From an uncultured Bacteroidota bacterium (GTDB taxonomy: Bacteria > Bacteroidota > Bacteroidia > Chitinophagales > Chitinophagaceae): a stretch of 64,000 nt of DNA. Where the stretch lies: positions 101,472-165,471 of the forward strand of contig CAIJXT010000019.1 in the NCBI GenBank assembly GCA_903824665.1. Reading direction: 5' to 3'. Numbering within the stretch: the stretch's first letter is position 1; each line of letters opens with the position of its first letter. Shown here in pieces: positions 31,501-40,858 of this stretch. Under the pieces are notes generated by a model. The model did not search any database, was not told where the DNA came from, and saw only the letters and a list, made by a program, of their open reading frames with translations. A program made the position numbers and the translations under genes.

Positions 31501-32241
31501 TGTGGCCGGACCCGCTTCGCCCAACACACTTCCGCCTCCGGCTATGGTTGTAATGACACCAGCCGCATCCACTTTCCGAATACGGCCGTTGCGGTTTTCT
31601 GCAATCAGCAGTTGACCTGAATTATTGAAAGCGACACCGATGGGGTGATCGAGTGTAGCAAGGTGAGCCGGGCCACCGTCGCCGACAAAACCCGGCAAGC
31701 CATTGCCTGCGATTGTGGAAATGATGCCCGAAGTGTTTACTTTTCTGACTCTCAGGTTGGCATAATCTGCGATGAAAATATTGCCGAACGCATCGATAGC
31801 AACATCGTAGGGGTTCATTCCGGCTAGCGTTGCCAAACCACCATCGCCACTATATCCACCAGACCCACTGCCGGCAACGATCGTAGTCACCCCACCAGGG
31901 GTCTTTTTTTTGACCTGCTGCCCTGAAACAAAATACCAATTTCCACCAGCATCGAAAACACCCTTTCCGCCGTCTGAAATTGTCCGCAAGATACCTGTTG
32001 ATGGATCAAGCATCCGAGTGCGCCGGCCGGAAATGATGTCGTCACCGAAGTATACTTTGTCTGCAGGGTCTGTGATTACAAAGGAATTGATGACAGACCG
32101 CCCATAAATACTGGCGATAGTATCGTCGCCAATACCACCGGCAAATGTTGTAATAGTTTGTGCTGCAGAAGGCGTAGCTGTGGATGCGTAAATAATAAGC
32201 GTGCATACCAAGGCAAAACGGGTAAAAGAACGGCAACTCAT
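28555..32241 (-). CDS. T9SS surface protein: NHL repeats, cadherin-like domain, Ig-like repeats and CTD
   Basis: Repeated GYSGDGG.A..A...P..IAVD..GN.Y.AD; GGxWSxS..ATV..G Ig repeats; HYPNPASRVLNI..GVYTLTL. Confidence 0.88.
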   Translation of the reverse strand: MSCRSFTRFALVCTLIIYASTATPSAAQTITTFAGGIGDDTIASIYGRSVINSFVITDPADKVYFGDDIISGRRTRMLDPSTGILRTISDGGKGVFDAGGNWYFVSGQQVKKKTPGGVTTIVAGSGSGGYSGDGGLATLAGMNPYDVAIDAFGNIFIADYANLRVRKVNTSGIISTIAGNGLPGFVGDGGPAHLATLDHPIGVAFNNSGQLLIAENRNGRIRKVDAAGVITTIAGGGSVLGEAGPATLARMEPLSIRVNASGEILLSDYTYRRIRKITLAGAIFTVAGNGGYGYAGDGVPATATSVPPDDIAVDGAGNIYLADGTANRIRKISTSGMIISVSGNGLALTGYSGDGGSPLLLQANAIGGIAADGAGNVYFADKNNNRVRMVTASGILKTYAGNGIAGFYGDGGQATAAAIEKPEIIAVDKQGNLYIAMAGGNRVRKVSSSGVITTFAGGGTAGMGDGGPATAAQFSVHAVAVDTAGNVFIADNTLKRIRSVDAATSIITTFAGNGSSTASGDGGPATAAGLNNPIGLAADNKGNVYIAGSTIRKVNAAGVIKSIAAIGSLIAVDTMGNLYCSNNATISRYDIYNYLSVIAGTGLAGYTGDNGSAMAANISAAAITVSPDGKLYFSQQAVAIRSICCLPVIIDKPPVFVKGASTSPVQVCRSSPGVPVDTLLTVTDGDIGDPLTWSVLSGPIHGSLSGFPATAVSTGAAVAPAGVVYTPVSGYSGGDNFRVRISDGTDTAIIQVNLSVVAPSTISISGASNVCVGDTTSPFWVSTTGGTWSASNTNVTIGTAGTVIGVAQGSVTISYSKSTACGLIHATSAVTVNPLPQAQIVPSGSYVCKDAEVTWFGNPSGGYLSSTSGNVSMLSSGRIRGINVGTALITYSFTNSCGVATDTATIQILAPADPGTLSGGGSGCPGDTKVISATVPGGVWSTSDTAIATVDQSGVALIRAAGTAKISYTVTGVCGAVSAVTNVTGSSSPYTGYIIGMASQCMGKLVSFSNPVAGGVWSVADTSIATIDAMGTLTCIAVGTTQVAYSVTDGCGTGVKTANITVLPVPQLTPITGKSVIVAGKTVELRGRAPSGVWSASDSSVVTIDQWGVVTGRALGSAIITYSETASNGCGAFETLAVTVTAKPMAIFNHYPNPASRVLNIRYTKSTAFIGELSLTDVAGKVVATSTFDMPSSDGVTQFSVFGIPNGVYTLTLRSTDGDYTGRVVILE

Positions 32242-32453
32242 ATGGGAGCATTTAAAAACTGAGTATAAAAGGCTACTGAAAATTAAGCCATTTTACGGTA
32301 ATTCTATGCACGTTTTATGCTATTTGTTTCAGCACTTTTGTGCCATAGCGCCACCCAATAACTCTCAGTTAATAAAAAAACACAAATTACCTATTTTAGC
32401 ATCGTTGCTCAATTGGCACATCAGAAAATTCGGTTTGAATAATACGGAATAGC

Positions 32454-34694
32454 CTACTGCACAAAAATCTCATCGCAAGCAATCATTGGCTTTTTGTTGT
32501 CGCGGAAGCGCCAGGAAGGCAGGGCTGTACTGTTTGTAGCCGTAACCCGCATATACCTTGCTTTTGCCTTTGCTTCGGCCTGAAAAAGTTTTACCGTTTT
32601 TTCGTAGTGCTCATCGGGTGCCGGATTGGTAAAGGATGCAAATGAGCGATAAGTAATCCCATCATCAGAAACCTCTACACTGATGGCAGGTGGCAGAAAT
32701 ATCCAATGCCGGGGATCGTGGAGAAAGTGCATTTTCAAGCCAGTGATGTTTTTGGCAACACCCAAATCGATGGTTGCCACCATATCTGTGCCATAAAAGC
32801 AAAGCCAATTGTAGCTGAAATCATTGTAACCCGGAGTGCCATCGACAAGTGTGCGACTGCCCTTGGCAGGATAATCTTCGGCAAAAGGAAACTTGAGTGT
32901 AACCTTTGCTCCGGTGGCAATAGTAGGTGTAACACCCGCAGCAAAAATGGCATCCCATTCGGCCATGTATTGGTCCGGGTTGAGGCCACCCTCGGACAGT
33001 TCTGTAACCTTTGCTTTTTTACAATTGGCAACAAAATTTGCAACCTTTTGCCTGAGGCCGGGTTTCACCGACCATGCGCCTTTGTCGTCCTGTACAAATA
33101 CACCGAATTTCTCGACACCATAGAACTTTGCCTGCTGCAGAACAGTGTACTCGAGTGGTAAACGGGCACGAACGATGCGTTCTGCATATTCGGGCTTGTT
33201 GCCTACGGCACCTTCTGCTGCATCGAAAATCTGGCTGTATGCATCGAGCTTGTCGGGAGAGAGGTAGGTGTTCCATTCGTTGACCGGATTGCCATAGATA
33301 TCCAGCTTGCGCTTTGACTGGCCCATGTTGTCGTGTATCTGACCTATGTACTGGAGCATAAATTTTGCAGCAGGGCCATAATAGTCGTTGAGAAAAACTT
33401 CGGTAAGGTCCTTGATATCGGCCTTATCGTCAATAAGTAACCGGGCGGTAAGGTAACTACGCAGTTCTGCCCACTCGCCATAGGTATCGCCACTGCCTTG
33501 CGCAAAAACCCCTTTGATACCATTCTCTTTATAAAACTGCATATTGGGCTGCAGGGTGAGCAGGTTGGGGAAAGGTGCGAGGTAGCTGGTAAACTGGGTG
33601 ATATAGTCCCACACAAAAAGGTTGCCTGTAAGTGCACGCCAAGCCTTCACATCATTACGAAAGCCAGCGGCTGACCCTTCGGTGGTAAGCGGCTGATCGC
33701 GGTAAGCATCGATATTGCTGAGAAAAACATACACATTTGCTGCTGGTTTCAGTGTCTTTGGAGCACGATGGGTGTAGCCATAAGCCAGTGTGGTAATCTT
33801 CTGGTCGGGAAACTCTTTTGCGACACGATTGACGAATTTGATAAGCGAGCCCGCCGGGCTGCCTTGTTCATCGTCTGTTGCCTTACACTTCTCACACTCG
33901 CAATAGCCAATGTCGTCGTTGGGGCTGATGGACCAATACAGCGCATCGGGATTTACGGTTATTCGCTTTCTGAGCTCTGCGGTTGTGATCACAAACACAT
34001 CTTCGTTGCTGAGGCAAAGCTGCGAAGGTTGCCTTACACCTTTCACCAGCGCATAATATTCAGGATGTTTTTTGAAGTACATGCCTGCGGGAACCAGCTT
34101 GTCGTAAGAATGCCCCCAAAGCCCCCAAAGGTCCTCGAACTGCTGCAGCTTATTCCATTCGAGGTATTCGGCATCGCGGGACGCGGGATAATAAGATTCC
34201 CGGTATTCGAATTGTGGTCTTCCCTCCTCTTTAAGGTTTGAAGGAATAATAACCTGCTTGCTCTGGCGTACTATTGCCGGTGCATCAGCTACCTTTCTGC
34301 AACCCAGGTATTTCTCAATAAACGTGTACACACCGTAAATGAGGCCCTTACCACTGCCCCCACAAATGAGCAGGTCTTTGCCCACCATTTGTATGCGGTA
34401 GCTCTCATGGGGCAATTTGCCCAATATAGCCTGCGCCTCTTTTTTTGTGTGCCCGATATAGATCGCATTTCCGATTATGGAACTGCCCTCCTGCGTGATC
34501 AGCAATGGCCTTCCGGACACCCGGCGGATGTAGTCCTGAAGTACTTTGGCAGCCTTCATTTCGGCGGGACTTGCGTCAACAGGAACGATGATAGAATAGG
34601 CGGCATTCTGGTCGGCGATAACCACCTCCTGCGCATTACCGCTGCAAGAGCTCACTGCCAGCAACAACAATATAAACCTGTAAAACAATTTCAT
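32454..34694 (-). CDS. DUF4838 domain lipoprotein with a glycoside-hydrolase-like N-domain and C-terminal F5/8 type C domain
   Basis: LAVSSC lipobox, HPEYYALVKG, LCLSN, SISPND..YCECEKC, TLAY, WDY; C-terminal LVDG..W..F..TIDLG. Confidence 0.8.
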   Translation of the reverse strand: MKLFYRFILLLLAVSSCSGNAQEVVIADQNAAYSIIVPVDASPAEMKAAKVLQDYIRRVSGRPLLITQEGSSIIGNAIYIGHTKKEAQAILGKLPHESYRIQMVGKDLLICGGSGKGLIYGVYTFIEKYLGCRKVADAPAIVRQSKQVIIPSNLKEEGRPQFEYRESYYPASRDAEYLEWNKLQQFEDLWGLWGHSYDKLVPAGMYFKKHPEYYALVKGVRQPSQLCLSNEDVFVITTAELRKRITVNPDALYWSISPNDDIGYCECEKCKATDDEQGSPAGSLIKFVNRVAKEFPDQKITTLAYGYTHRAPKTLKPAANVYVFLSNIDAYRDQPLTTEGSAAGFRNDVKAWRALTGNLFVWDYITQFTSYLAPFPNLLTLQPNMQFYKENGIKGVFAQGSGDTYGEWAELRSYLTARLLIDDKADIKDLTEVFLNDYYGPAAKFMLQYIGQIHDNMGQSKRKLDIYGNPVNEWNTYLSPDKLDAYSQIFDAAEGAVGNKPEYAERIVRARLPLEYTVLQQAKFYGVEKFGVFVQDDKGAWSVKPGLRQKVANFVANCKKAKVTELSEGGLNPDQYMAEWDAIFAAGVTPTIATGAKVTLKFPFAEDYPAKGSRTLVDGTPGYNDFSYNWLCFYGTDMVATIDLGVAKNITGLKMHFLHDPRHWIFLPPAISVEVSDDGITYRSFASFTNPAPDEHYEKTVKLFQAEAKAKARYMRVTATNSTALPSWRFRDNKKPMIACDEIFVQ

Positions 34695-34784
34695 GTCAAA
34701 AAATCTATTTAAGTATTTTGCTGAAAAATCCCGCAGCAATCAGGGCAAATTCTTTCACCGCATTAAAGGGTGTTGCTGTCCCGT

Positions 34785-37676
34785 TTAAAATCTTCGCTGT
34801 AACATGACATAAATGTCATACTGATTTCTGAAAATTGCTTCATTCTGCTTGATATTGTACCAAGACGCACTAATGTTGAACGTGGTAAGGTAGTGTATCT
34901 GGCGGCGGTACCCTACACCACAGCTAATTGTCTTGAATGTGGCAACCTGACTGAGAAAGTAGTTGGTACTGAAATCGTCTGGTACGTTACCATAGCCGGC
35001 TATAGCTGTGAAGTATTCGGTACGGTTCTCGCTCAGGTAATACCTGGTAGAGAATATTGCGGAGTAGTAGGTAGCGCGGATAGAATCGCGGTAAACCAGT
35101 GATTGCTGATATACTTTGAGATTGAGGAAAAAGTCCTTTATCTCCCGCGAAATGCCGACCACGGGTGATGTCATAGTTCCGCCGCTCAATTCCAAATACC
35201 TTATACCCAACTCGCCGGAATATCCCTTGTTGAAACCACGATTGATCGAATACCCCGCTTTAACTCTGGGAAAGATAAACACGTCGGGCGAATAAGCTCC
35301 GAGTGCATAGGAATACCATTTCTTGTTGTGATTGTAGTACAGATCCGATTCGAACTGGAAGCCGGTTCCGGTGGTACGCCCGGCATAGTTGAGCCTGAGG
35401 TTCCAAACACCACGATTAAAACGGCGTGAATACTGCACAGTGGCAATACTATTGATCTTGGGCAGATTGGTAGCATCAACGATACGCGAATGGAGGTAGA
35501 ACAAGCCAATATCATTGCGCAGCCTGTGTGCGAACAACATGGCGGCATAGTCGGTATGCTTGGGGTGAAGCGTCATCTTGGCGAGCGTATCGGCAGTGCG
35601 CCAGGCCTGCTCATAGTTTTTCTGCGCCTCGAATACCTCTGCTTTACGATACAGGAAAAACGGATTCTGCGGATAATAACGTCTTCCCCTATCGAGCAAA
35701 ACAAGCGCAGTGTCGAACTGCTTGAGGTCGTAAAGGAGATTGATGGTGTAATACAACGGGATAGTGTCTTTAGGAGCAACGGCAAGTGCTTCGTAGAATT
35801 CGGCAAGTGCGCTGTCTTTCTTTTCTGCAGTGATGTACTCCCTGCCGGATCCGATGCGCTGGTCTACGTACGCACCGCGGTAACGGGAGTTGTAAGGGAA
35901 CATTCTATACAGCGGTCCCGATATCTCGTAAGCGGTGCGGTATTGTGCAGCCTCGGCATACACCAGCGATTTGCGAAACAGAAAGTCTTTAGACTCGGGG
36001 TAATATTTAAGACCCTGGTCCACGAAATATAATGCGGAGTCAAAGTCTTTAATGGCACTCTCGATATTGATGATATAGTTGAGCGCATCTACATTGTCGG
36101 GTTGCTTATCGAGGACCTCCTTAAGTACCCTGAGTGTATTGTAATAATCGTCGTACTGCATGGATTGCCTGCCTGCAGCGAGCGACTGTTCTATGAGGCT
36201 TGCCAGATATTGCCTGTTTTCAGGGTGTGCTTCGAGCAATTGTTTGGATATCTGTGCGGCATCAGAGTAGCGCTGGTAGCCCTCGTACACAACGGCTTTT
36301 TTGAACAGCAGATTCTCGTCGTTTGGATAAAATGAAAGCGCCTCATCAATGGTACGCAATGCATCATCAAATCGCTTCTGAGCGGTATATACATTGATCA
36401 GGTAGTTAATTGCAGCAACATTAGAACGGTCGTAAAAAAGTACGGACTTTAGTGCCACAACGGCACTATCGTACTCCATTTCATTCATAAATTGTTTTGC
36501 GGCCAGCGTGCGCAACTCAAGATAGTTGGCGCGGTTTGGCGCGTTGGGATTGTCTTTAAACATCATTTCTGCGATCTGCGATGCTGCGCCATATCGCTTC
36601 ATACTTTCGAGGATGCCCATTTTCTTTTTCAGCAACTCGTAATCGGCAGAATTCTGTTTCAATCCGAAGTTGATCCATTGCAGGGCCTCGTTGTACATGC
36701 CTCTGCTGAACGCTATACTGATGGTATAATTGAGTGCTTCCCTGTTTCCGGGCTCGCGCTCCAGAATACCGCTGAACAGCAGGTAGGGGTCTGTGTTCAT
36801 ATAGAACCGACCCGCAGTAAGGCGGATGTAGGTACTGAGCCGCAACACATCACTGTTTGTAGGGAACAATTTCAGCAGCTTATTCACAACTTCTATGGCC
36901 TCTACATAACGTGACATTGCCTCGAGTATAGATACCTTTTTCATGAGGTACTCGTAGGAATTGGGTGTAGACTGCAGGGCTCGGTTGGTGTAAGCCAGCG
37001 AACTTTCGTAGTTGCCCGAGCGGATATCGAGCGCAAATATGGCTGTAAGGGCTTCTTTATTCAACGGATCCTGTTCGAGCACAGCTTCATAAGCCCGCTT
37101 GGCGATCTCTATGTACCCCCTGTGGGAATATTGCCGGGCTACGGACAGCTTGTAATCGAGGTAAACACTTCGGATAAAGGGATCGGCAGAAAACCGCTCG
37201 AACAGGTAATCTGCCAGCCGGTTGCTTTCGATCCAGTCTCCCATTTTTACGTAGATATTCAGCTTCTTCAGTAGTATGTCGCGATCGTTGGGGAAATACT
37301 TCAAGCCCATATCAGCATACTCCAATGCCTGCAGGTAGTTACATGCCTGATCCTCCATATTTACCAGGTATATGTAGGCATCCCTGTACCTGGGGTTCTT
37401 CTGAATTACATAGTTCAGTTCAAGGCGGGAGCTATCTACCTTGCCGGCAAGCGCGAATGCGTGACCGAGCAAAAGGTGGATATCCAGGTTCTTTGGGGAG
37501 ATGTCGATAGCCTTGTTGCACAAGTTGATGGCTTTCTGATAGTGTTTCAGCTCTATCTCCCGTTTGGCCTCGTTGTACAGATTATCTGAAGATTCGATCA
37601 TCTTCAGCCATTGGCCCTGCGCCTGAACACTGCACAGGAGCACCATTAAAAATATCAACAGGGGGGTTAATCTCAT
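34785..37676 (-). CDS. TPR-repeat protein with a C-terminal YaiO-type outer membrane beta-barrel (PgaA/NfrA-like architecture)
   Basis: Signal peptide, about 700 aa of TPR-like helical repeats, about 240 aa of alternating aromatic strands ending LQRRF. Confidence 0.8.
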   Translation of the reverse strand: MRLTPLLIFLMVLLCSVQAQGQWLKMIESSDNLYNEAKREIELKHYQKAINLCNKAIDISPKNLDIHLLLGHAFALAGKVDSSRLELNYVIQKNPRYRDAYIYLVNMEDQACNYLQALEYADMGLKYFPNDRDILLKKLNIYVKMGDWIESNRLADYLFERFSADPFIRSVYLDYKLSVARQYSHRGYIEIAKRAYEAVLEQDPLNKEALTAIFALDIRSGNYESSLAYTNRALQSTPNSYEYLMKKVSILEAMSRYVEAIEVVNKLLKLFPTNSDVLRLSTYIRLTAGRFYMNTDPYLLFSGILEREPGNREALNYTISIAFSRGMYNEALQWINFGLKQNSADYELLKKKMGILESMKRYGAASQIAEMMFKDNPNAPNRANYLELRTLAAKQFMNEMEYDSAVVALKSVLFYDRSNVAAINYLINVYTAQKRFDDALRTIDEALSFYPNDENLLFKKAVVYEGYQRYSDAAQISKQLLEAHPENRQYLASLIEQSLAAGRQSMQYDDYYNTLRVLKEVLDKQPDNVDALNYIINIESAIKDFDSALYFVDQGLKYYPESKDFLFRKSLVYAEAAQYRTAYEISGPLYRMFPYNSRYRGAYVDQRIGSGREYITAEKKDSALAEFYEALAVAPKDTIPLYYTINLLYDLKQFDTALVLLDRGRRYYPQNPFFLYRKAEVFEAQKNYEQAWRTADTLAKMTLHPKHTDYAAMLFAHRLRNDIGLFYLHSRIVDATNLPKINSIATVQYSRRFNRGVWNLRLNYAGRTTGTGFQFESDLYYNHNKKWYSYALGAYSPDVFIFPRVKAGYSINRGFNKGYSGELGIRYLELSGGTMTSPVVGISREIKDFFLNLKVYQQSLVYRDSIRATYYSAIFSTRYYLSENRTEYFTAIAGYGNVPDDFSTNYFLSQVATFKTISCGVGYRRQIHYLTTFNISASWYNIKQNEAIFRNQYDIYVMLQRRF

Positions 37677-37793
37677 TTTCTGCTTTTTAAAAACCAGCTG
37701 ATAAAACGCCGGCTGTAACTACTTATTCGTTTCTTAAATATAGTCAATACCCATCAGGTACTGTTGGCAAACAACCCGACAAGCGTATGCGTA

Positions 37794-39347
37794 CTAATTT
37801 GCAGCAGCAACCTCTCCCTTCTTTTTGGGCTGCATACCAAAACCCTGCCGCTGCATGTTGCCCCAGACGTGTTTACGCCCGGTAATAAAGTTGAAGTACC
37901 CTTTGATTGCAAAGAACATGATGAGCGGATGGTAAATAAATGGCTCCAGAAAAGCCATCAGACACAATCCAATAGTTTCGCCCCAGGTTTTGTAGTACTT
38001 AAATGTGATCTGGTCCCACAACAGCGCCAGTGTAGTGATCATTACCGAGTAGGTATAAACGAACACAATGAGAATGATAGCAAAGGGCCAGTTGATCTGC
38101 CCGGTAACAATCAGGTATATATAGAACAACACACCGGTAAACTCTACGATAGGTGCGAGCAATTCGTACATGAACGCATAAGGGAATACAATGAGTCCCA
38201 AACGCCCGTAACGCGGATTGAAGATGATCTTGCGGTGGATACTCATGATCTGTGCCAATCCTCTGCCCCAGCGTGACCGCTGCCGGCCAAACACCTTCAA
38301 CGTTGTAGGTCCTTCGGTCCAGCAGAGGGTACTTGGTACGTATTTAACAGCGTACTTTTTCTTATTGTCCTTCATGTAGGCGCACATACGTGTCACCATG
38401 TCCATATCTTCACCAAAGGACTTGGAGTCATATCCGCCGGCTTTTACCGCTACTTCCTTGTCGAACATACCCAGACCACCAGATACATTGGGAACGGAGT
38501 TGATGAGGTCCCAGCCCATTTTGCCGAGCATGTAAGCACGTATGTACTCCATCTCCTGAAAACGCGGTATGAGCCTGCGTGGCGGGCGCACACGTATCAT
38601 AAGCCCCTCGTCCACATCGCAAGAATTGACCATGCGCAAAGTGGCCCCGGACGCGATGACCCTTTTATAATCTTCGACAATGTGCACATATCCGCATTCG
38701 GTACAGGGATCACCCACCTCTTTCACCTTGGTGGTCTCTTCGTCCATAAATGGCTTGATGAGTTTTATCAGCGTGTCCTTATCGAGAATACAATCCACAT
38801 CGGTACACAAAAAATACTCGAAAGAGGAGATATTGATACCGGCATTGGATGCGTCGGCCTTGCTCTTGCCATTTACTTTATCAACCACAACCAGCTTGTC
38901 GTAGGCGCGGTTGGTAGACTTGAAAATACGCTTTATGGGTTGACAGTTGAGCTTCTCTCTGAAGGCATACTCTACGTGCACCAATTCAAACTCATCAATG
39001 AGTTTTTCCAGTGTTTCGTCGGTACTGCCGTCATTTACAATTATCACCTCAAACTTGGGATAGTTGAACGTAAGCAGCGACCGCACATTGGAGATAATGG
39101 TAACACCCTCGTTGTACGCGGGCGCAATTACTGATATACCCGGCGCCAGGGGAGACTCTACGATAATATTAAAATCGATGGATGCATTTTTCTTCATGTA
39201 CCGCTGAATGGACATCAGCGACATGATGGCCAGCAGAGCGTATGCCATAAGCAGCGAGGTTCCGTAAATGAACACAGCAGACTGGTAGAACACACCTACT
39301 GTGTCCCAAAACGCACCACCAGAAAAAAAACTATAAAAAAAACCCAT
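37794..39347 (-). CDS. Processive GT2 glycosyltransferase (PgaC/IcaA-like), copy 2
   Basis: APAYNE, NDGSTD, KSKADA, TDVDC, GEDM, QRSRW; N- and C-terminal TM helices. Confidence 0.9.
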   Translation of the reverse strand: MGFFYSFFSGGAFWDTVGVFYQSAVFIYGTSLLMAYALLAIMSLMSIQRYMKKNASIDFNIIVESPLAPGISVIAPAYNEGVTIISNVRSLLTFNYPKFEVIIVNDGSTDETLEKLIDEFELVHVEYAFREKLNCQPIKRIFKSTNRAYDKLVVVDKVNGKSKADASNAGINISSFEYFLCTDVDCILDKDTLIKLIKPFMDEETTKVKEVGDPCTECGYVHIVEDYKRVIASGATLRMVNSCDVDEGLMIRVRPPRRLIPRFQEMEYIRAYMLGKMGWDLINSVPNVSGGLGMFDKEVAVKAGGYDSKSFGEDMDMVTRMCAYMKDNKKKYAVKYVPSTLCWTEGPTTLKVFGRQRSRWGRGLAQIMSIHRKIIFNPRYGRLGLIVFPYAFMYELLAPIVEFTGVLFYIYLIVTGQINWPFAIILIVFVYTYSVMITTLALLWDQITFKYYKTWGETIGLCLMAFLEPFIYHPLIMFFAIKGYFNFITGRKHVWGNMQRQGFGMQPKKKGEVAAAN

Positions 39348-39379
39348 ACTTAAAATAATATTTCAAACAAAACCTTACT

Positions 39380-40858
39380 CTATGTTGCCGCCGGAGTAGG
39401 ATTTGGTGTACTCTTAGGCTTATTATCGGTTGTTTTCTTGAAACCTGCCCGCTGCATATTGCCCCAACTGTGTTTGCGATTGGTAAGCTGAAAATAGTAC
39501 CCTCTCAATGCAAACACTACAATCAGCGGATGGTAAATAAGCATCTCCACAAACACCATGAGCACAATACGCACTACATCTTTCCAGGTTTTATAATACT
39601 GAAAGGTGAGCTGATCCCACAGAACGGACAATGATGATATCATCACAGAATAGGTATACACGAAAATGAGCAGGATAATGGCATAGGGCCAATTGACCAG
39701 ACCAAAGTAGATAAGGAAGAGGTAATAGATGATACCCAGAAACTCGATGACCGGTGCCATGAGCTCAAAAAAGAAATTGTAGGGGAACACAATCATACCT
39801 ACCCTGCCATATGCCGGGTTGAACAACATTTTCTTATGGGCGAGCATCAGCTGCAACAATCCTCTGGCCCACCGGGTACGCTGGCGCATAAAGATCTTTA
39901 CTGAGGTGGGGCCTTCGGTCCAGCAGAGTGTATTGGGTATGTACCGAACGGCTGCATCGATTTTGTTGTCGTAGACGTAACGCGACATGCGCATACGCAA
40001 CTCCATATCTTCTCCAAAAGATGCCGGATCGTATCCGCCGGCTTTAACAGCAATCTCTTTGTCGAACATGCCCAAACCTCCGGACACGTTGGGTACGGCA
40101 TTGATATAACTCCAACCCATTTTGCCGAGCACGAACGAGCGAATGTACTCCAGCTCCTGAAACCTGGCCAGCAATGGCCGGGGTGCTTTGATCTTCAACA
40201 AAACGCCCTCATCTACCTCGCAGGAATTTGCCATACGCAATGTAGCACCGGTGGCGATCACACGTTTGTGTTCTTCCTCCATCATGGGCCTTATGAGCAT
40301 CTGTAGGGTTTGCTCATGCAGAATACAATCCACATCTGTACAAAGGAAGTAAGGGAATTGAGAAACATTTATACCCACATTGGTCGCATCTGCCTTAGAC
40401 TTTCCATTTTCTTTGTCAACTACAACCAGCTTGGCATAAGCCTCATCCTTCGATTTGTATACGCCTCTCACCGGTTTGGCTGACAGTTTTACGTCGTAAG
40501 CGAAATCTACCTTTACCAGCGAAAACTCACGGACTACTTTCTCCAGCGTATCATCCGTACTACCGTCGTTGATGATGATCACCTCATAATTGGGATAGTC
40601 GAAAGTGAGTAGCGAACGTACATTACTGATGATGGTCAAACCTTCGTTGAAAGCGGGTGCGATCACCGAAATGCCGGGAGCCAGGGGTGAACCAACAATA
40701 ACCTTGTAGTCGGTATAACTCTCTTTGCGCAGAAACAGCCTTATATTCAGGAAAGAAAGCACGGCCAACATGGCGTAAATCATCAACAAGGCGACACCGT
40801 ATATAAATACGGTGGTTTCAAAAAAGGCCGAGGCATATTCTACGAAAGTTTCGCCCAT
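39380..40858 (-). CDS. Processive GT2 glycosyltransferase (PgaC/IcaA-like), copy 1
   Basis: APAFNE, NDGSTD, KSKADA, TDVDC, GEDM, QRTRW; ATG overlaps the upstream TGA. Confidence 0.9.
   Translation of the reverse strand: MGETFVEYASAFFETTVFIYGVALLMIYAMLAVLSFLNIRLFLRKESYTDYKVIVGSPLAPGISVIAPAFNEGLTIISNVRSLLTFDYPNYEVIIINDGSTDDTLEKVVREFSLVKVDFAYDVKLSAKPVRGVYKSKDEAYAKLVVVDKENGKSKADATNVGINVSQFPYFLCTDVDCILHEQTLQMLIRPMMEEEHKRVIATGATLRMANSCEVDEGVLLKIKAPRPLLARFQELEYIRSFVLGKMGWSYINAVPNVSGGLGMFDKEIAVKAGGYDPASFGEDMELRMRMSRYVYDNKIDAAVRYIPNTLCWTEGPTSVKIFMRQRTRWARGLLQLMLAHKKMLFNPAYGRVGMIVFPYNFFFELMAPVIEFLGIIYYLFLIYFGLVNWPYAIILLIFVYTYSVMISSLSVLWDQLTFQYYKTWKDVVRIVLMVFVEMLIYHPLIVVFALRGYYFQLTNRKHSWGNMQRAGFKKTTDNKPKSTPNPTPAAT

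Noticed and set aside
37794-40858. Tandem GT2 genes as an assembly duplication or pseudogene pair
   Set aside because: The copies are clearly diverged, both ORFs are intact, and all catalytic motifs are retained
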